Part shown: positions 61,806-64,000 of the stretch, one piece after another | Numbering within the stretch: position 1 is the first letter of the stretch | Layout of the letters: the number at the start of each line of letters is the position of its first letter | Assembly: GCA_025786725.1 (NCBI GenBank) | Contig: JAHLTZ010000003.1 | Span: 62,001 to 126,000, forward strand | Reading direction: 5' to 3' | DNA: 64,000 nucleotides | Origin: Syncephalis fuscata S228 | Taxonomy: Eukaryota; Fungi; Zoopagomycota | Notes under the pieces: model-generated | The model's database searches: none | What the model was told of the DNA's origin: nothing | What the model saw: only the letters and a program-made list of their open reading frames with translations | Program-made: the position numbers and the translations under genes

Positions 61806-64000
61806 ATGGATTCTAGCACGGCCCAACTAGTTGAATATACGCAAAAAGTGCGATGTTGTCTAACTATTTACGCAGAACAAGGCACATCAGCACAATTAAC
61901 TACAGAGATTACAAATGCCAGACTATTGGACAGCAATTCCTCGTTAGCTTTTCACGCCAACAAAAACGCCAGACATCAGTAGAAACGAATACTGATGATA
62001 AGAGTTGGCATAATATCAGTTTTGTAGATCGAGAAGCCGCCATTAAAGCGTGTATAGATGTGTGTGCTCTACCACGAATTGCTCGGGATATTGGACCCGT
62101 AGCGGGTGTTATATTTGCTACATTACTGCAATTACACTCAAATACTGATCCATTGGCACTATTATGGAAATATTGTTTAAAAAGCGAATTGATATGTTCT
62201 ACACCAATGGATACCTATCTACCTGTAGTAGAGTTTATTAATCTACATGCTTTGTATCTACCATTATGTCGTGGTCTATTGGTAGCTAATCCATACAACG
62301 TATTACAATCACCATTATCCAATACAAATATCTATATTAACTGTTCAGAGTAAGTATAATAGATAGATAGATAGATATGTAATGATAACTAATGGTATCT
62401 ATTGTATTAAGTGTTAATGTACATCCAACCACACTTATGGAATTATTATTCTATTTAGCAGTTGGTATGTCAAATCAGCCAGAAATACAACATCGATTTA
62501 TGGCCTTTGATACGTTAACTCAATGGTTCAGTAAATTAAATGGACCATTGGATGCATATAAACGCCAATTATTAATAGCACTGATATGGGATAGTTGGCG
62601 TGATCCTGTTGATGCTGTACGGCATAAGGTATGTATATAATAACAAAAACAATAATAATAATAGTGGTCAACGACTTATACAATATAGGTCAAAATGGCT
62701 TTAGAAGGATTATTAAAGAATTTAGCCGTATTTCCTATGGATGAAATAGTAACACAAGAAATTGAACATTTTAAAAAAGATTTAGTTTTACGTTTAATAG
62801 CTGTTGATTGGAGAGAAGAGGTAATTAATTATTAATGACCATCGATATTGATATCAATATTAACTAACTAGTTATTAATTAGATGAAATATGGATTTCTT
62901 GAATGTCTAGTACCATATGTATCAACTAATCTATTTATGAGTGAAGAACTACAATCAAGTTTAATGTTAGCACTGTCAGATGTAGTAGTCGGATCCTATG
63001 CCATGTCATTATTTGTAGCCATTATGGAACACTTGACTATGAATGATTTGGTAATTAATAGATGGTGTTCGATCTAATATGTCTAATTATTGTATAGTCT
63101 AATAGTAATTGGAACACTGTATGGATTCCATTAATGGCCCGTGGTCTATTATCCAATGAAGCTATGACGCGTAAACATATGGGTCGAGTAGTGGCCAAAC
63201 TATTTAAATTCAATACTGCCGTATTTCAACCCCTCTACACACTCGTCACTAGTAATGACGTGACTATTACATCGGATCGACGTACGGCAGCCTGGTTAAC
63301 TGTATTAAGAACAGCCAAATCTCAAGGAATCATTACCACGAATACAGGTAATTTATGCATATTATATATAATATGTGTGTATATGTGTGTGAATAGCTAA
63401 TAAACCATTGATTAGAATTACAAGATTTGGCACGCGATGGACAACACGCTCTTAGTCATTCGGAGGAACAAGTAAGACTTGATTTGTTATCACTGGTGTG
63501 TGAGGCAAGACGTACCACTGATCCAGTAACCGCACCTGAACTATTACTTGTCAAACAATTTTTACGCATTAATATGGGCGTGACGGGTGCTCATTTCCGA
63601 CAAGATATGTCTGCTTCTATGACACGATTAATGAAACGACTTCACGATAATGCCGTATCGTGTGCCCATGGTCGATCCAACTATCCTCCTACTGCTTATG
63701 AACCAGGACATCAATTTGTTGGATGGCTAGTACGCCATTGTATTCGGGGATGTTATCCGGTGCTCCATTTACCCGAATTGCTATGTCATTAAGATTGTTA
63801 CGGCAATTACTAGAACACTTTTTAGTATTGCCATCATTACACGGGATAGCCTCCACCGTCACTTATCATTGTCATAACTGTAGTGCTATGGGAGATATTA
63901 TTAAGCAGGCACTATTCATACCTATAGCTACTCAGTCATTACTTGCCCTATTGCTTGGCAGTTATGATGCCAATCGACTAATTGCTATCAAATGCCTCGC
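61806..64000 (+). CDS. THADA/Trm732 armadillo-repeat tRNA 2'-O-methylation cofactor (5' part; runs off the window)
   Basis: Motifs include IWDSWRDPVDAVRHK, KYGFL, ALSHSEEQVRLDLLSLVCE..ELLLVKQFLRINM..FRQ, YPGAPF.R and LLGSYDANR. Confidence 0.85.

Overview
This window is AT-rich eukaryotic genomic DNA with many short (~50-70 nt) spliceosomal introns. It is fungal, and the gene content and lineage-style orphan membrane and kinase families suggest an early-diverging fungus, probably a Zoopagomycota mycoparasite such as Syncephalis (inference). About 23 genes or pseudogenes are recognisable. These are two tandem atypical Ras-like GTPases, a TrhO/TSTD2 rhodanese, a SMYD methyltransferase, Rad4/XPC, a Crh-type GH16, three DPBB/expansin-like secreted proteins, a Kre9-like GPI protein, Rho2, Qcr8, a secreted kinase with PPPLPPR repeats, RNase H1, a PHD plus linker-histone-like protein, Scc2/NIPBL, an aldo-keto reductase pseudogene, Dss1/Cyt-4, THADA/Trm732 and several orphan membrane proteins. 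The most notable non-coding feature is a ~300 bp tRNA-derived SINE. One young copy, with A/B boxes, a 3' stem-loop, a repeat tail and an exact 18 bp target-site duplication, sits antisense in an Scc2 intron, and a second CpG-decayed copy lies 8.6 kb away. There is also a 52 bp-arm hairpin, a three-copy dispersed repeat and a 75 bp minisatellite. Many conserved genes carry 1-nt frameshifts, most likely assembly indel errors. Coordinates were counted by eye, and gene ends are approximate where frameshifts occur.
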